The translations under genes were made by a program, and so were the position numbers. Shown piece by piece: positions 36,298 to 55,501 of a stretch of DNA of 64,000 nt (its first letter is position 1; every line of letters begins with the position of its first letter). The stretch lies in assembly GCA_964016885.1 (NCBI GenBank), contig OZ024760.1, positions 33,418,001 to 33,482,000 of the forward strand. The letters are read 5' to 3'. The notes under the pieces are model-generated. The model searched no databases and was not told the DNA's origin. It was given only the letters and a program-made list of their open reading frames with translations. This stretch comes from Eledone cirrhosa. Its lineage: Eukaryota.

Positions 36298-39134
36298 TAT
36301 AATCCCTCCGATAAATCATTCGACCTGCGACAAGTCCACGCGACGACTTTACCATTTAACAAACGCACGCAATTGCCGTCGCAGGTCGATGAACAAACAG
36401 AAGCACGATTTAGTATAGCTAGATCCGAACTTAGAAATATTATAGAACAGTATAGCAAGAAGCATAATAGAATGGATGCCCAGCAACTGGGAGAAAAATC
36501 TGCAAATGGCTTGCGTAAGCTCATGCAGCGCTCACGTAATGGAGAGATAGCATGCTTTCCAACAGACAAGTCTGGCAAAATGTCGGTTGACAGCCTGCCA
36601 AACTACATCCAGGCAATGCAACCCCACATCACTAACACAAGACAGGTAACACCACAGGAGCATGAGGATAGAAAAAAAGCCCTCAATGCCCATATGGTGA
36701 TGTGGACGAATATAATGCAGCCCAACAAAAGGACTGCCAACAACTTCCAGGCCTGGAACAATGACGTGCCGGCGTTGTATGGGCTTCGAAAAGACCATAA
36801 AACGGGCTGTGACCCTGTCGCGGGACCACCAACACGGCCAGTCAGTGGAGCTAACATTGCTAGTAACTACAGACTGTCCTACTTCCTCTCTCTGATCATA
36901 CGCCCCATCATTGAAATGTCCCCAGATGTATGTGACAGCACGGAGGACCTCCTCAGCAGAATCGGCGTGAGTAACCGATCTGGGGACCTAACAAACTGCA
37001 TAATAGGCAGTATGGATGTTGTGTCCCCGTATCCATCTATTGACGTGGATTTTGCTGTGGAGAAATGCGTAGAAATGATCAGTGAGAGCAAGGTTGAGTT
37101 CCGTGGGATTGATACCAGTGAGCTGGGACTTCTACTTAAGCTTACCTATAGTAATAGTTACCTAGACACATATGACCTTAGCAACCTGTGCCCTACAAGA
37201 CCAGCAAGAGGCAGACCACCTACCATTACCTCAATGGCCAAGAAAACCCACACAGATAGATGGAACGGGTGGACCAGAGCCATACGGACACCCGAAAACC
37301 ACGATGAACTGAAGAAAATGATTGCACATGCGGTAGGGGCCAGCATAAAACTAACCCTTAAGGAACATATGTTCAAATTTAATGGAAAAACATATGCCCA
37401 AGAGGAAGGAGCAGCCATTGGTGTTAGCATTGCAGGCGACATAGCTAACTTATTCATGGTATGGTGGGACAGTAGACTTAAACTTAAACTTAAAGAACAA
37501 TTAGAAGACAGCTTAACCCTGATAATGTACTCCCGCTACGTAGATGATATAAACATCGTAGTTAAGACACCCCCACTAGAGAACAGTCAGGAACTAGAGA
37601 AAAACACAATGGAAAGCATCCAGCAAATAGCAAACTCCATCCACCAGAGCATTAGAGTTACTATAGACTACCCAAGTAGACACCCCAACCATCGATTACC
37701 TGTACTAGACACAGAGCTCTGGTTAGATACCATTAACAACCAAAAACAAATCCTCCATTCCCATTATGCCAAACCCATGACTTCCAAACATCTGATCCAC
37801 CGAAACTCGGCCATTTCGGACCATACCAAAATCAACATACTGATTGCGGATTTGGTACGGCTGATGAGAAATGTGTCCCGCATGTGCAACCCCGAAGTAC
37901 TAGAGAGACACATACAACACTTCATCCACCGTATGCAGTTCTCTGGCTACAATCAGAGAGATAGAATCAGAGTGTATAGAGGAGCCAGAACCAAATGGGA
38001 AAAAATGGTAAATAATGACATAAATTGGACCTGCCCCTTGTATAGGAGCAAATTTTGGAATAGAATAGAAAGAACTAGGAACAAGGCCAATAGAATAAAC
38101 TCATGGTATGATAACAATAAATACCAGAGTGTAATGTTCATCGATACAACCCCTAGAGGCGAACTAGCCTACAAATTTAGAAGGGCCCTAAATAAACATA
38201 AACTCAATATTAAGATAGTAGAAAGACCAGGTACCTCCGTAAAAACACTTATTAGCAAGACATACCCTTTTCAAAGACCCTCATGTATAGATAAGAAATG
38301 TATAACCTGTAAAATAAGCCCCCATATTAACTGTAAAACTAGAAATGTAGTGTATAGCATAAGATGTACTGAAGGAAGATGTAGAAACAAAAATATAGTG
38401 TACATAGGTGAGACAGCTCGTAGTATAGGGGAACGGATAAATGAACACTGGCGAGACCTTCAAGATAATAAAGAATCATCTGTACTCTACCAACATGCTA
38501 AGATAGAACACAAGGGTAAATTAGAAAACATAGAAATAAAAATAGAATCTACACACAGAAAAGATGCAATGTTTAGACAAATTATAGAGGCAATAAACAT
38601 AAAAGAATTACAACCAAAATTAAATAGAAAATATGAGTGGAACAGCAACATCACAACTTACAATTAAGGACAAAATGAAAACACACACACACATAGAACA
38701 ACCAACCAACCAATAACATGGAAATAAATAAATAAATAAACAAATAGATAAATGAACATAAACACACACAGACACCCGGATGTGGCGCATGCGCAAACTG
38801 AGCACACAACACACACACAAAAACAAAATGGTGTAGGACAGAACAAAGGAAAGGCACAGAAACAAAGAAAGGAATCCCCAGTCACTGAAGAGGTCACAGA
38901 GTGTGTGACGAAAGGACTATGACTATATATAAACAACTATCTGGTTGTGGAACCAACCAACCAACCAGAAATTTATAGATTTATAAATTTGTAAATTTAT
39001 AAATATATAATAAATTGAAGTGAAAGCAACTGGTGCGTGTGTTTCTTATTGGCAACATGACCCTCCCCAAGTATAACTATCGGTTTCAACACACGATTTC
39101 AGATAAAGAATCTTGCTAAACAAATTCAGAAACG

Positions 39135-39140
<6 letters not shown>
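36298..39140 (+). mobile_element. PLE family A copy 4: 5'-truncated, inverted against copy 3; open RT-GIY-YIG frame 36298-38667
   Basis: 801-aa ORF almost identical to the C-terminal part of copy 1; pLTR 38668-39140 fused to TA. Confidence 0.95.
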
Positions 39141-39224
<84 letters not shown>

Positions 39225-39225
39225 T

Positions 39226-39273
<48 letters not shown>

Positions 39274-39276
39274 CAT

Positions 39277-39315
<39 letters not shown>

Positions 39316-39390
39316 TATATACACACATATATATATATACATATATATATACATATACATGTATATATATATATACATATATATACATAC

Positions 39391-39502
<112 letters not shown>

Positions 39503-39518
39503 GTATATATATATATAC

Positions 39519-39584
<66 letters not shown>

Positions 39585-39851
39585 CTACATATATATATAT
39601 ATATATACACATATATATATATACATATATATATATATACACATAGTATTAAGGGTACTATTTATGGTTATGTATGTAATAAAACCTTTAATGGTAATAT
39701 ATTATATATACAAACCCTAAATAGTGAAAGATAGTCATTAATTACTATCCTATTACCAGTAAGATAAAAAGCTCAATGTAATAACATCAGTTGTTTTACA
39801 GAGCAGTTATATAGAGATTACAGTAATCAAAGTTCAGTTTAAGTCATTTAT

Positions 39852-39900
39852 TTGCTTACAATTGTTTCCTCCAAACCGAGGTTTGGATTCTTCGGAGCAA
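39852..39900 (-). ncRNA. Minimal hammerhead, U4C core variant
   Basis: TTGCT-CCGAAGA-a TCCAAAC ctcg GTTTGGA g-GAAA-caattg-TA-AGCAA. Confidence 0.75.
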
Positions 39901-40036
39901 CTATTTACTGATCTATAACATACTTGACCTCCTTTTCAACCCAAGAGACACATAAAACATATGCGCATATTGATCAACAGTGGGGTGACATTCATCAAAT
40001 GATATAGCATGGCAATTTACATGTAAAGGTTACAGG

Positions 40037-40168
40037 ATAAAAATAAAAATAAAAATAAAAATAAAAATAAAAATAAAAATAAAAATAAAAATAAAAATAA
40101 AAATAAAAATAAAAATAAAAATAAAAATAAAAATAAAAATAAAAATAAAAATAAAAATAAAAATAAAA
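40037..40168. repeat. (TAAAAA)n hexamer microsatellite
   Basis: Direct sequence. Confidence 0.97.
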
Positions 40169-42716
40169 GCAAGAATGAAAATAAAGATAAACATGAAGCG
40201 TTGGCAGTCTATGAAGATAAAGCAAGAGGAAAGCTTATAGTAGTCAGTGTATGAAACAATCTCACGTGTAGCATGCACGCGTGTCTTATTTATACATGAT
40301 TAGAGTGCGTCAGAATGATATTTGCAGGGTCAGGCAGTTGAAGCAGGCAATCGATCTTATTATGTGGGCTGAATTATTAAGTCATTTATTCTCATACATC
40401 TGTATGATATACAGTCTCGGATGCAGGGAAACACCAAAATATCACAAACTTTCAACATACTATAAACCTTATTGTATCGTAGGCAAAGCCGTACCACTGT
40501 CTTCGCTCACACCACCACTCACATAATCCATGAGACGCAATATATAGAACACTTGTCTATCGTATGATTCACGATGGCCCAGCATATAATCAAGTTATAA
40601 ACCGTATCCAGTCGGTTCTTAAATAATAGATCATGCTGTCCAGATTCCGGAAGTGTCTGAATGACTAAGGAGAATTAATGCGTAAGGGGAGGTAACTAGC
40701 TAGTTATCTTGGTTAAATTACTATCCTAAACTACATTAATGGTGATTCAAATACGTGCCTAACATATGAAGTTATAACTAATTTCTAGAGTATGTTTCCC
40801 AAGTATAGGTTAGAGAGTTGTCCATTAAGAAGTACAAGGGTGTATATATTAGGATGATTACCATACATTAAGGGGTGTCATATCTGAACATTCTATAAGA
40901 GGAGTCAGACTCTCAAGTCACTGTTCCGTGCAAATGTAATATAACAGTAGGACCTGGTATGGTCCCACTATTATATATGCCCCCCGGTAGGCTTCGGGTC
41001 ATTGCATGTCTGAATCTCCGGTAAATCTTCGGTATGGTCCGGAGATCCAATTTCACATATAAAGGCACTAGTCTGGTCATCAAGCAATAGACAACCCCCA
41101 TCTCATATATAAATTAATTAAGTATCACATCTACAAGTTAGAGTGGAGTCTATTAATAGATACTAAAGGAGTTCACATCAAGATGATTACAATCTGGAGA
41201 TTAAATCTCTCATACCAGGGCACCTGTCTGGCCACCAAGTAATACATAAACTCACATCCCACATATAGATCAGGTATCCCATCTACAAGCTAGAGTGGAG
41301 TCCAGTAACAAGTACTAAAGGAGTTCGTATCATGATGACTACAATCAACATGGGGTGCCACACCCGGCCAATCCATAAGAAGAGTCAGACTACATAATTA
41401 ATTACAAGGGTCTCACTATCAGTAATGGTCTTATTATCATACATGACTCCCGGCGAGATTCAGGTCGTAGTATGACTGCATCCCCAATAAATTCACCAGG
41501 GTGGTCCGGTGGCCGGTTCTTTCGTCAAAAGGTGCCGGTCAGGTCACCAGGCAACACAGAGGCTCCTAACTCATGCATCTCCTGTGCATAATTCATTAAA
41601 CTGATCGTTTACAGTATATATTCACATAACAATACGATTATCCATCTAATCATCAATCTATCTCTTGGTGGGAATCCATGCACAGGACTATGTTATCGCA
41701 ACCAGTACCGTGTCCCCGGTTTATACTAATCTTATATTTGTGCAATGCAGATTAAGTAGTCCACGGTCGAGATATCAGAATTAGAGGTACAAGGGGGTAT
41801 TCCCAGGGTAGGTGGTACTAAAATGCTGTCAGTATTATCTTTAGAGTATACAAATGGGTGTGGATGTGAGGTGTAAGGTGAGCTACTGATGTTAATTGCT
41901 AGGGGTGGTGCCGGTTCCAGTCTGACATTATTATATATAGGGTTTAAAGTTTTGGAACGAGTGTCGGAAGCGGTGTTGGCAAGTTGCGAACACTTCTGAT
42001 TTTTTATTAAGGAGATTATGTTTAGAGAAGATGATAGTATGGGTCTCTAGTAGACAGAGGTTACAAAATTTATTAGGTGGTTTGTACGATGTTGCACTAC
42101 CTACCACTTCCCATTTAAGTGCATATATTTTATTTTTAGTTTTTAGATAGTGTATGTAGCTAGATAGTGAAGTGGAGTTGGCTAGACTGTGTTTTTTGAA
42201 AGAGTGGAGGTGCGAATTGTATCTAGTTTTGAAGCAGTTAGAAGTAGAGCCTATATGGGTTTCAGAGGAGTTGTTAGTTGTGACTGTACATGAGTATATG
42301 ATATCCTTGGTTAAGCATTTTTTATCTAAAGGGCAGGTTCAACTTGATCTACAGTTACAATTACTCTGGGTGCTAGTCTGCCGGTTACTATGCTGTGTAG
42401 AAGTTTGGATGTTAGCTATAGGGTTATGGTTATGTGGGTTGTGGTACGCAGCGTTAATGTTTACACTAGTGCTATTACTATCATTTCCATTGATATTACG
42501 GTTATTTGCTATAATGTTACTTTGACTGTTATTTTGAATGTTATTTTGAAGGTTTATCGACTGTTGTGATTTAGTTTGTTGGAAGTAAGAATTAATTTTT
42601 CTTTTATTTGTACTAGCTATGTGGTATGCTAAGTTAGGCGTAGTAGGGTATGAGATCTTAATAGTGTTTTTGTTTATATATATATATTTGTTTGTATATA
42701 TATATATATTTGTTTG

Positions 42717-42755
<39 letters not shown>

Positions 42756-42799
42756 TTATATATATACATATATGTATATATATATACATATATATATAC

Positions 42800-42833
<34 letters not shown>

Positions 42834-42837
<4 letters not shown>

Positions 42838-45541
42838 TGTTATACTTGGGGAGGGTCATATTTGTGTAATATTGCCAGAATTAATAACAGAACACACTCA
42901 CTGTTTGTTCGTTTTCTCGCTTCTCGCTGTCTTTTATATCTGCAATCTAACTTACTCGGTCCTCAATGTTGCCATTGACTGACCGACGGTCAAAAATAAT
43001 ACAGATACAATATAGACACAAACACATATATATAGTTTACATAAATCTTTCGTTGCACATCTGCAACATCGTCAGTGGTGTTATATTTTCCTCCTGTTGT
43101 GTTGTATGTCTACGCCATTTTTTATTCAGTCTGTCTATATATTTATTTATTTATTTGCTTGTTTGTTTATTTTATTTTGTCTTCTTTGCGCATGCGTTTG
43201 CGTGTGTGTATAGTGTTATGTTTGCTGTGTGATGGGTGACAAGTGTGTGTTTATGTGCTTGTTATTGTGCTTGTGTATGTATTTATTTATCTTATTTTAT
43301 TTACTTATTTATACTTCTCTTAGGTCAGTGTTGTTTGTTTGGGTGTTGTTGTTATTCCACTCATTCTTTCTGTTTAGCTTTGGTCTTCTAATTTCTATTT
43401 CACTGGCCTCTCTGATTTGCCTATCTGCTGGGTCATTTCTATGTTTAGATATTATTCTAATTTCTATGTTGTCTATGTTACCGTCATGTTGTTGTCTAGC
43501 ATGTTCGTATAGTACTGACCCGTTTTTTCGTCCTTTTAGTTCCCCCCAGTGTTGGTCTATCCTTTCACCTATGCTACGAGCTGTCTCACCTATGTATGTT
43601 GTTGTCATGTTTCTGCAAGTACCCTCTGTACATCTTATGCTATAGACTACGTTTCTAGTTTTACAGTTTATCCGGGGGTTCACTTACATATGATACATTT
43701 CCTATTGGTACAGTGGGTTTTCTTAAAAGGATAGGTTTTGCTGATCAGGGATTTTATGGTGGTTCCTGGCTTTTCTACCACCTTTATTTTTAAGTGGGTC
43801 TTTCTCAGAGCCTTTCTACACTGGTTAGCTAATTTCCCTCCAGGGGTGGCGTCCACAAACATGACACTCTGGTATCTCTGGTTGTCGTACCATGATGTGG
43901 CTTTCCCTATCTTATGTCTAGCTCTATCTAAGCTATTCCATGATTTGCTCCTGTATAATGGGCAAATTCCTTTCATGTCCAGTTCTATGAGGGTCTTATA
44001 CTTTTCCATGGCTCTTTCGTATACTCTGACTCTGTCTCTTTGGTTGTAGCCAGAGAACTGCATGCGGTTGATGAAGTGTTGGATGTGTCTTTCCATTTCT
44101 GTTGGGTCGCACATGCTGGACACATTCTTCATCACTCGTACCAAATCTGCGATCAGAATATTAAACTTAGCACTACTGGACATTGCTGAGTTTTTGAGTA
44201 TCAGATATTTGGAGGCCATGGGTTTAGCATAGTGTGAGTGGAGAATTTGGGCTCTCTCGTCTATAGTGTTAATCCAGAGTTCTGTGTCTAATACAGGTAG
44301 TCTATTGTTAGGGTGTTTGGAAGGGAAGTCGATAGTTACAGTTATACTCTGGTGTATGGAATTAGCTATCTGCTGGATGCTTTCCATCGTGCTACGTTCT
44401 AAATCAAACTTGTTAGTGCTCTCTAGTGGAGGTGTTCTTATAACTATATTGATATCGTCTACATAACGAGAGTACATGATGAGGTCTATGGAGCTTTCAT
44501 TAAGGACATCTTTAAGTCTCCTTTCCCACCATACCATGAAAAGGTTGGCAACATCACCAGCTATGCTGACGCCGATGGCTGCTCCCTCATTTTGGGTGTA
44601 GATTTTCTCATTGAACTTAAATATGTGGCCCTTTAGGGTAGTTTTCATACTAGCCCCTATTGCATATGCGACCATTTTTCTTACCTGATCATTGTTTTGG
44701 GGGGTCCGTATAGCTTTGGTCCACCCAATCCACCTTCCCATGGGAGTCTTTTTTGCCATTGAGGTTATGGTGGGGGGGGGGGGTCTACCTCTTATAGGTC
44801 TACTAGGGCAGAAACGTCTAAGGTTATGGCTGTCTAGGTAGTCAGTGTCGTAGGTAAGTCTAAGTAGGAGGCTCAGTTCGTCTGTGTCGACGTCGCAGAA
44901 CTCCACCTCACTCTCAATGATCATCTCCACACATCTTTTCACAGCAAAATCAATGTTAATGGATGGGTACAGTGACACCACATCCATGCTGCCTATATTA
45001 TGCAGTTGGATAGGCTCCTGTTTTTGTTGCACTCACTGATTCTGCTGAGGAGGTCCTCTGTACTATCACATACATCTGGGGACATCTTGATTATGGGGTG
45101 TATAACCATTGAGAGGAAGTAGGAGATCCTGTAGTTGCTAGCTATATTAGCTCCGCATACGGGTCTTGTTGGTGGTCCTGTTGTCGGGTCGTGGACTGTC
45201 TTGTGGTCTTTGCGGAGCCCATACAGAGGAAAATATAACACCACTGACGATGTTGCAGATGTGCAACGAAAGATTTATGTAAACTATATATATATGTGTT
45301 TGTGTCTATATTGTATCTGTATTATTTTTGACCGTCGGTCAGTCAATGGCAACATTGAGGACCGAGTAAGTTAGATTGCAGATATAAAAGACAGCGAGAA
45401 GCGAAAACCAACTAAACAGTGAGTGTGTTCTGTTATTAATTCTGGCAATATTACACAAATATGACCCTCCCCAAGTATAACAATATTTGTTTCGACACAC
45501 GATTTCATATAAAAAACCTCGCTAAACTAATTCATCGCCGC
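42834..45541 (-). mobile_element. PLE family B (paralog of A), 5'-truncated and frameshifted, with inverted pLTR at 45226-45541; HHRs at 43040-43077 (-) and 45242-45279 (+)
   Basis: ORFs 43309-43683, 43680-45032 and 44993-45225 are homologous to A; HHR CA-CTGACGA-T-GTTGCA gatg TGCAAC-GAAA-gatt-TA-TG. Confidence 0.92.
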
Positions 45542-45567
45542 TATATATATATATATTTATATATATT

Positions 45568-45603
<36 letters not shown>

Positions 45604-45607
45604 CATA

Positions 45608-45781
<174 letters not shown>

Positions 45782-45783
45782 TG

Positions 45784-49248
<3,465 letters not shown>

Positions 49249-49269
49249 GTATATATATATACATATATG

Positions 49270-49606
<337 letters not shown>

Positions 49607-49619
49607 GTGTACATATATA

Positions 49620-51213
<1,594 letters not shown>

Positions 51214-51220
51214 TATATAC

Positions 51221-51263
<43 letters not shown>

Positions 51264-51312
51264 CATATATATATATATATATTCTTATATATATACATAT
51301 ATATATATATAC

Positions 51313-51343
<31 letters not shown>

Positions 51344-51353
51344 AATATATATA

Positions 51354-51471
<118 letters not shown>

Positions 51472-51476
51472 TATAG

Positions 51477-51509
<33 letters not shown>

Positions 51510-51520
51510 CATATATATAC

Positions 51521-51733
<213 letters not shown>

Positions 51734-51762
51734 TAAATATATATACATATATATACATATAT

Positions 51763-52360
51763 ATATTGTTATACTTTGGGAGGGTCATGTTGCCAATAAG
51801 AAACACACGCACCAGTTGCTTTCACTTCAATTTATTATAATAAATTTATAATAAATTTATAAATTTATAAATTTCTGGTTGGTTGGTTGGTTCCACAATC
51901 AGATAGTTGTTTATATATTGTCATAGTTCTTTCGTCACACACTCTGAGACCTCTTCAGTGACTGGGGATTCCTTTCTTTGTTTCTGTGCCTCTCCTTTGT
52001 TCTGTCCTACGCCATTTTGTTTCTGTGTGTGTGTTGTGTGCTCAGTCTGCGCATGCGCCACATCCGGGTGTCTGTGTGTGTTTATGTTCATTTATTTATT
52101 TGTTTATTTCCATGTTATTGGTTGGTTGTTTGTTCTATGTGTGTGTGTGTTTTCATTTTGTCCTTAATTGTAAGTTGTGATGTTGCTGTTCCACTCATAT
52201 TTTCTATCTAATTTTGGTTGTAATTCTTTTATGTTTATTGCCTCTGTAATTTGTCTAAACATTGCGTCTTTTCTGTGTGTAGATTCTATTTTTATTTCTA
52301 TGTTCTCTAATTTACCCTTGTGTTCTATTTAAATAGAACACAAGGGTAAATTAGAGAACA
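51763..52360 (-). mobile_element. PLE family A solo pLTR plus ORF end, closed by a perfect hairpin at about 52298-52361
   Basis: Matches 21508-22080; ...TTACCCTTGTGTTCTATTT/AAATAGAACACAAGGGTAA... Confidence 0.9.
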
Positions 52361-52375
52361 TATATATATATATAC

Positions 52376-52613
<238 letters not shown>

Positions 52614-52615
52614 AT

Positions 52616-53377
52616 AGCCAGTCAGAGTATAGCTTAAAGCTTTCTGTTAATGTATTAAATATTATACTCTTGATTTGGCCAGAGATGAATATTTCCAGAT
52701 ACCTTTTAAGTGTAACTTTCCGTATTTATTATTACTATGAAATATTGATCGTTATTCTGGTATCATATCTCTGTTTTTAGCCTAAAAAAATACCTATATG
52801 CGTGTATAAATAATGCATGCATATATTTATTTTTTTTAAATCTAATTGAGTTCTTCACACGCCAGGTTAAAATTATTGAAAAAATTAATTGACCCGCGTG
52901 CATATTATTTTATTATGTTTCGCGATGACCTCCCCTTTCCGCTTGATGACAGTGTGAAATTTCTCATTCTGAGACTGCTGGAATTTTAAATTTGGCGGTC
53001 ATTCTGATACGGAGAGGGACCATCGCAAGACATTGGATATCGGTAAGAAGGCTTCTTTATATCGATGTTTGACGGGCATCCACTGATGATTTATAAGTGC
53101 CCACCTGCATATATTCCTACGGACTATGTGCAGGCTTCTACATAACCTGGACACATTTTTCCCAACTTGTAGAAAACTTATAATGAAACAATTGTTTGGA
53201 AGGGGAGATGTATTTTAATTATGTCTCATATAAAATAATACAACTGGCTATCCGCAAAATACATATAGTTAGCACCCCAAACGTAAAATTGGGATTATAC
53301 TAAGGTATATCCTAATGTTTGTTAAGTGAGATGGAAGCCAGTCAGAGTATAGCTTAAAGCTTTCTCTGTTAATGTAT

Positions 53378-53385
<8 letters not shown>
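52616..53385 (+). mobile_element. 720-bp non-coding, terminally redundant, hairpin-rich HHR unit (retrozyme-like)
   Basis: AGCCAGTCAGAGTATAGCTTAAAGCTTTC(TC)TGTTAATGTATTAAATAT at 52616 and 53336; no ORF of 60 aa or more; TA on both sides. Confidence 0.8.
53079..53200 (+). ncRNA. Canonical-core hammerhead with a two-hairpin insert in stem II
   Basis: TCCA-CTGATGA-T-TTATAAGT-(~75 nt)-ACTTATAA-T-GAAA-caattg-TT-TGGA. Confidence 0.85.
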
Positions 53386-53411
<26 letters not shown>

Positions 53412-53414
<3 letters not shown>

Positions 53415-53712
53415 AATTAGTATATCTACCAACATATGTATACAGATGCATACCTATGTTAGCAAATATATATGTTTTGTCTTAGTAACTTTGGATACGC
53501 TCCGTAACCATATTTATCCCCTTACAGAAACTAATTAGTTGGAGTGAAATTTTAGTAAGTAAGTCAATTTTCATAACTTTCTTATTTACGTCTTTCATAT
53601 AATTGTTCTGCATCCCCTTGCATAGAACCACAAAGTTACTAAGACAAAACATATATATTTGCTAACATAGGTATGCATCTGTATACATATGTTGGTAGAT
53701 ATACTAATTCTT
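53412..53712. repeat. Inverted repeat of an element tail (family D): 53412-53491 versus 53632-53712
   Basis: ~80-bp reverse-complement match; the same tail occurs at 16243-16402. Confidence 0.8.
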
Positions 53713-53917
53713 TATAATTATCTCCAAATTATTTGTTGAGCAAAACTTGCCGAAATTACTATTATTATTAATAGTAGTGGCTAGGCCCTGTCTTAATAGC
53801 ACCCCACTCCTCACTGATTAACCTCACTGTCACGTGATTGATTCTTTTGAATTTGCCACTTGACCAAGTAGGCCGTGAATTTTTCAATGTCTTGGAATCT
53901 AGTCCCCGAACTCTGTA

Positions 53918-55042
53918 ATGGGATACTTAGAACAACAACTCTACCAAGAAATAGAGGAAAAATATAGTACTGACTTTAGAAAGTACATTGAAAAATCTTG
54001 GAAGAGATACCTTGCCGACTGTTTCATCATCTGGACAGAATCTCTAGATACTCTGGATGAGTTCAATATCCTCCTGAATAACCTACACCCATCTCTCCAA
54101 TTCACAAAAGAGATGAGTAGGACCAAATTACCATTCCTAGATATAATGATAATCAAAAACGACACCACCATTACCACGGATATATATTATAAACACACAG
54201 ACACCCATCAATATCTGAATTTTAAGTCGTGCATTCCACCTCATACAAAACGCAACATCCCATACTGCCTAGCCAGAAGAATTTGTACCATTGTAGAAGA
54301 TACGAATACCAGGTACAAACGCCTAACAGAACTAAGAGAATTTTTGCTCAAACAAAGACACCCATCTCTACTTATAGAAAATGGCATACAGCGGGCTATA
54401 AAAATACCTATACAACAACTTAGGACAACCCAAGGAAGAAGAAACCAAGAACTGGTCATACCATTTATAATGACACACAACCCATGTCACCAGAATATCT
54501 TCAACACTGCCAAAGCAAACCTACCGATCATTGCTCAAAGTAATGAATTAAAAGGCTTAATCACAGACCGATCTTTGACTCTTAGTAAAAGACAGCCAAA
54601 AAATTTTAAGCAATTACTAACAAAAGCAAAGTTTGACCTTAACAACAAAAACCAATCATTCACTGTATCTAAATGCAATGATAGTCGATGCGGCACATGT
54701 CAATCCATACACGCCGGTCAATATATGAAAACAAAAACTGGAAAAATATTCCCGAATGCAAATATGAACTGCAAAAGCAGAAATCTAATTTACTGCATTA
54801 AATGCCCGAATTGTGAAGAACTATATGTCGATCAAACTGGAAATGCACTATCGGAACGTGCACGGGTACACCGTCAACAAATCAGAGACCCAAATGTCCG
54901 TCAGATACCCTTAACTAACCAGCTAGCAACATGTGGTCAGGGAATATTTATAATATTCCCATTCTACAAATTACACAGCCCAAGTGAAATCAAGAGAAAA
55001 ATCAAAGAAAAGAATGTTATTGATAAATTCAAACCCAATTAA
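53918..55042 (+). pseudogene. 5'-truncated PLE ORF (RT C-half, Cys motif, GIY-YIG), Neptune-like; element extends to about 55612
   Basis: MGYLE, WKRYLADCF (decayed YxDD), LPFLD, TDIYYKHTD, CNDSRCGTC, NLIYCIKCPNC...YVDQTG. Confidence 0.88.
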
Positions 55043-55100
55043 ATGAACAATAATAACGCTTAGGGGTATTACTTCTACTATCACTATAACTACGACCACT

Positions 55101-55157
<57 letters not shown>

Positions 55158-55462
55158 AATAATAATAATAAAAGTGATGTTGATGGTGATGATTAATAGA
55201 AAATGCTACTTTCATCATTTCTAAAAATAGCAAAACAATTGACGCTTTGGATATGATTAATTATTGGTCGTTAGACATGCTCAACCAGCCGTGACGCTTA
55301 AACCAATCAGCTTTAGTAATTCAGTGAAACTACACACTGATTGGTTGAAATACAGTTTGTAAGACTTAGGATTCTGGAGCCACTTTTCCCTGTATAAAAG
55401 GTAGAAAATTTACCCATCTTATTACAGTTGAAAATTGCAAACTTGACTGTCACCACATATTA

Positions 55463-55501
55463 TGAACCTGAAGATTGCGAAAGCATGAAAGTACTTGTTC
55501 A
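55463..55501 (+). ncRNA. Minimal hammerhead
   Basis: TGAAC-CTGAAGA-T-TGC gaaa GCA-T-GAAA-gtac-TT-GTTCA. Confidence 0.9.

Larger units (their letters stand above)
39644..42674 (-). mobile_element. Naiad-type PLE 3' fragment (decayed GIY-YIG about 41940-42672) with ~2.3-kb 3' region
   Basis: Manual translation of minus strand: [11 protein letters not shown]...CNC...CPLDKKCL..IIYSC..HIGST..FKTRY..CNLCLLE..LNKKSE..CQHR. Confidence 0.8.

Noticed and set aside
52933-53018. C/D box snoRNA-like layout (terminal stem, TGATGA, two CTGA)
   Set aside because: The boxes lie within a longer continuous hairpin of the 720-nt mobile unit, and I could not recognise an rRNA guide; not excluded without a snoRNA search
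53526-53546. Hammerhead in family D
   Set aside because: Only the 3' half (GAAA-CTAATTAG-TT-GGAG) is visible; no CUGANGA half could be placed
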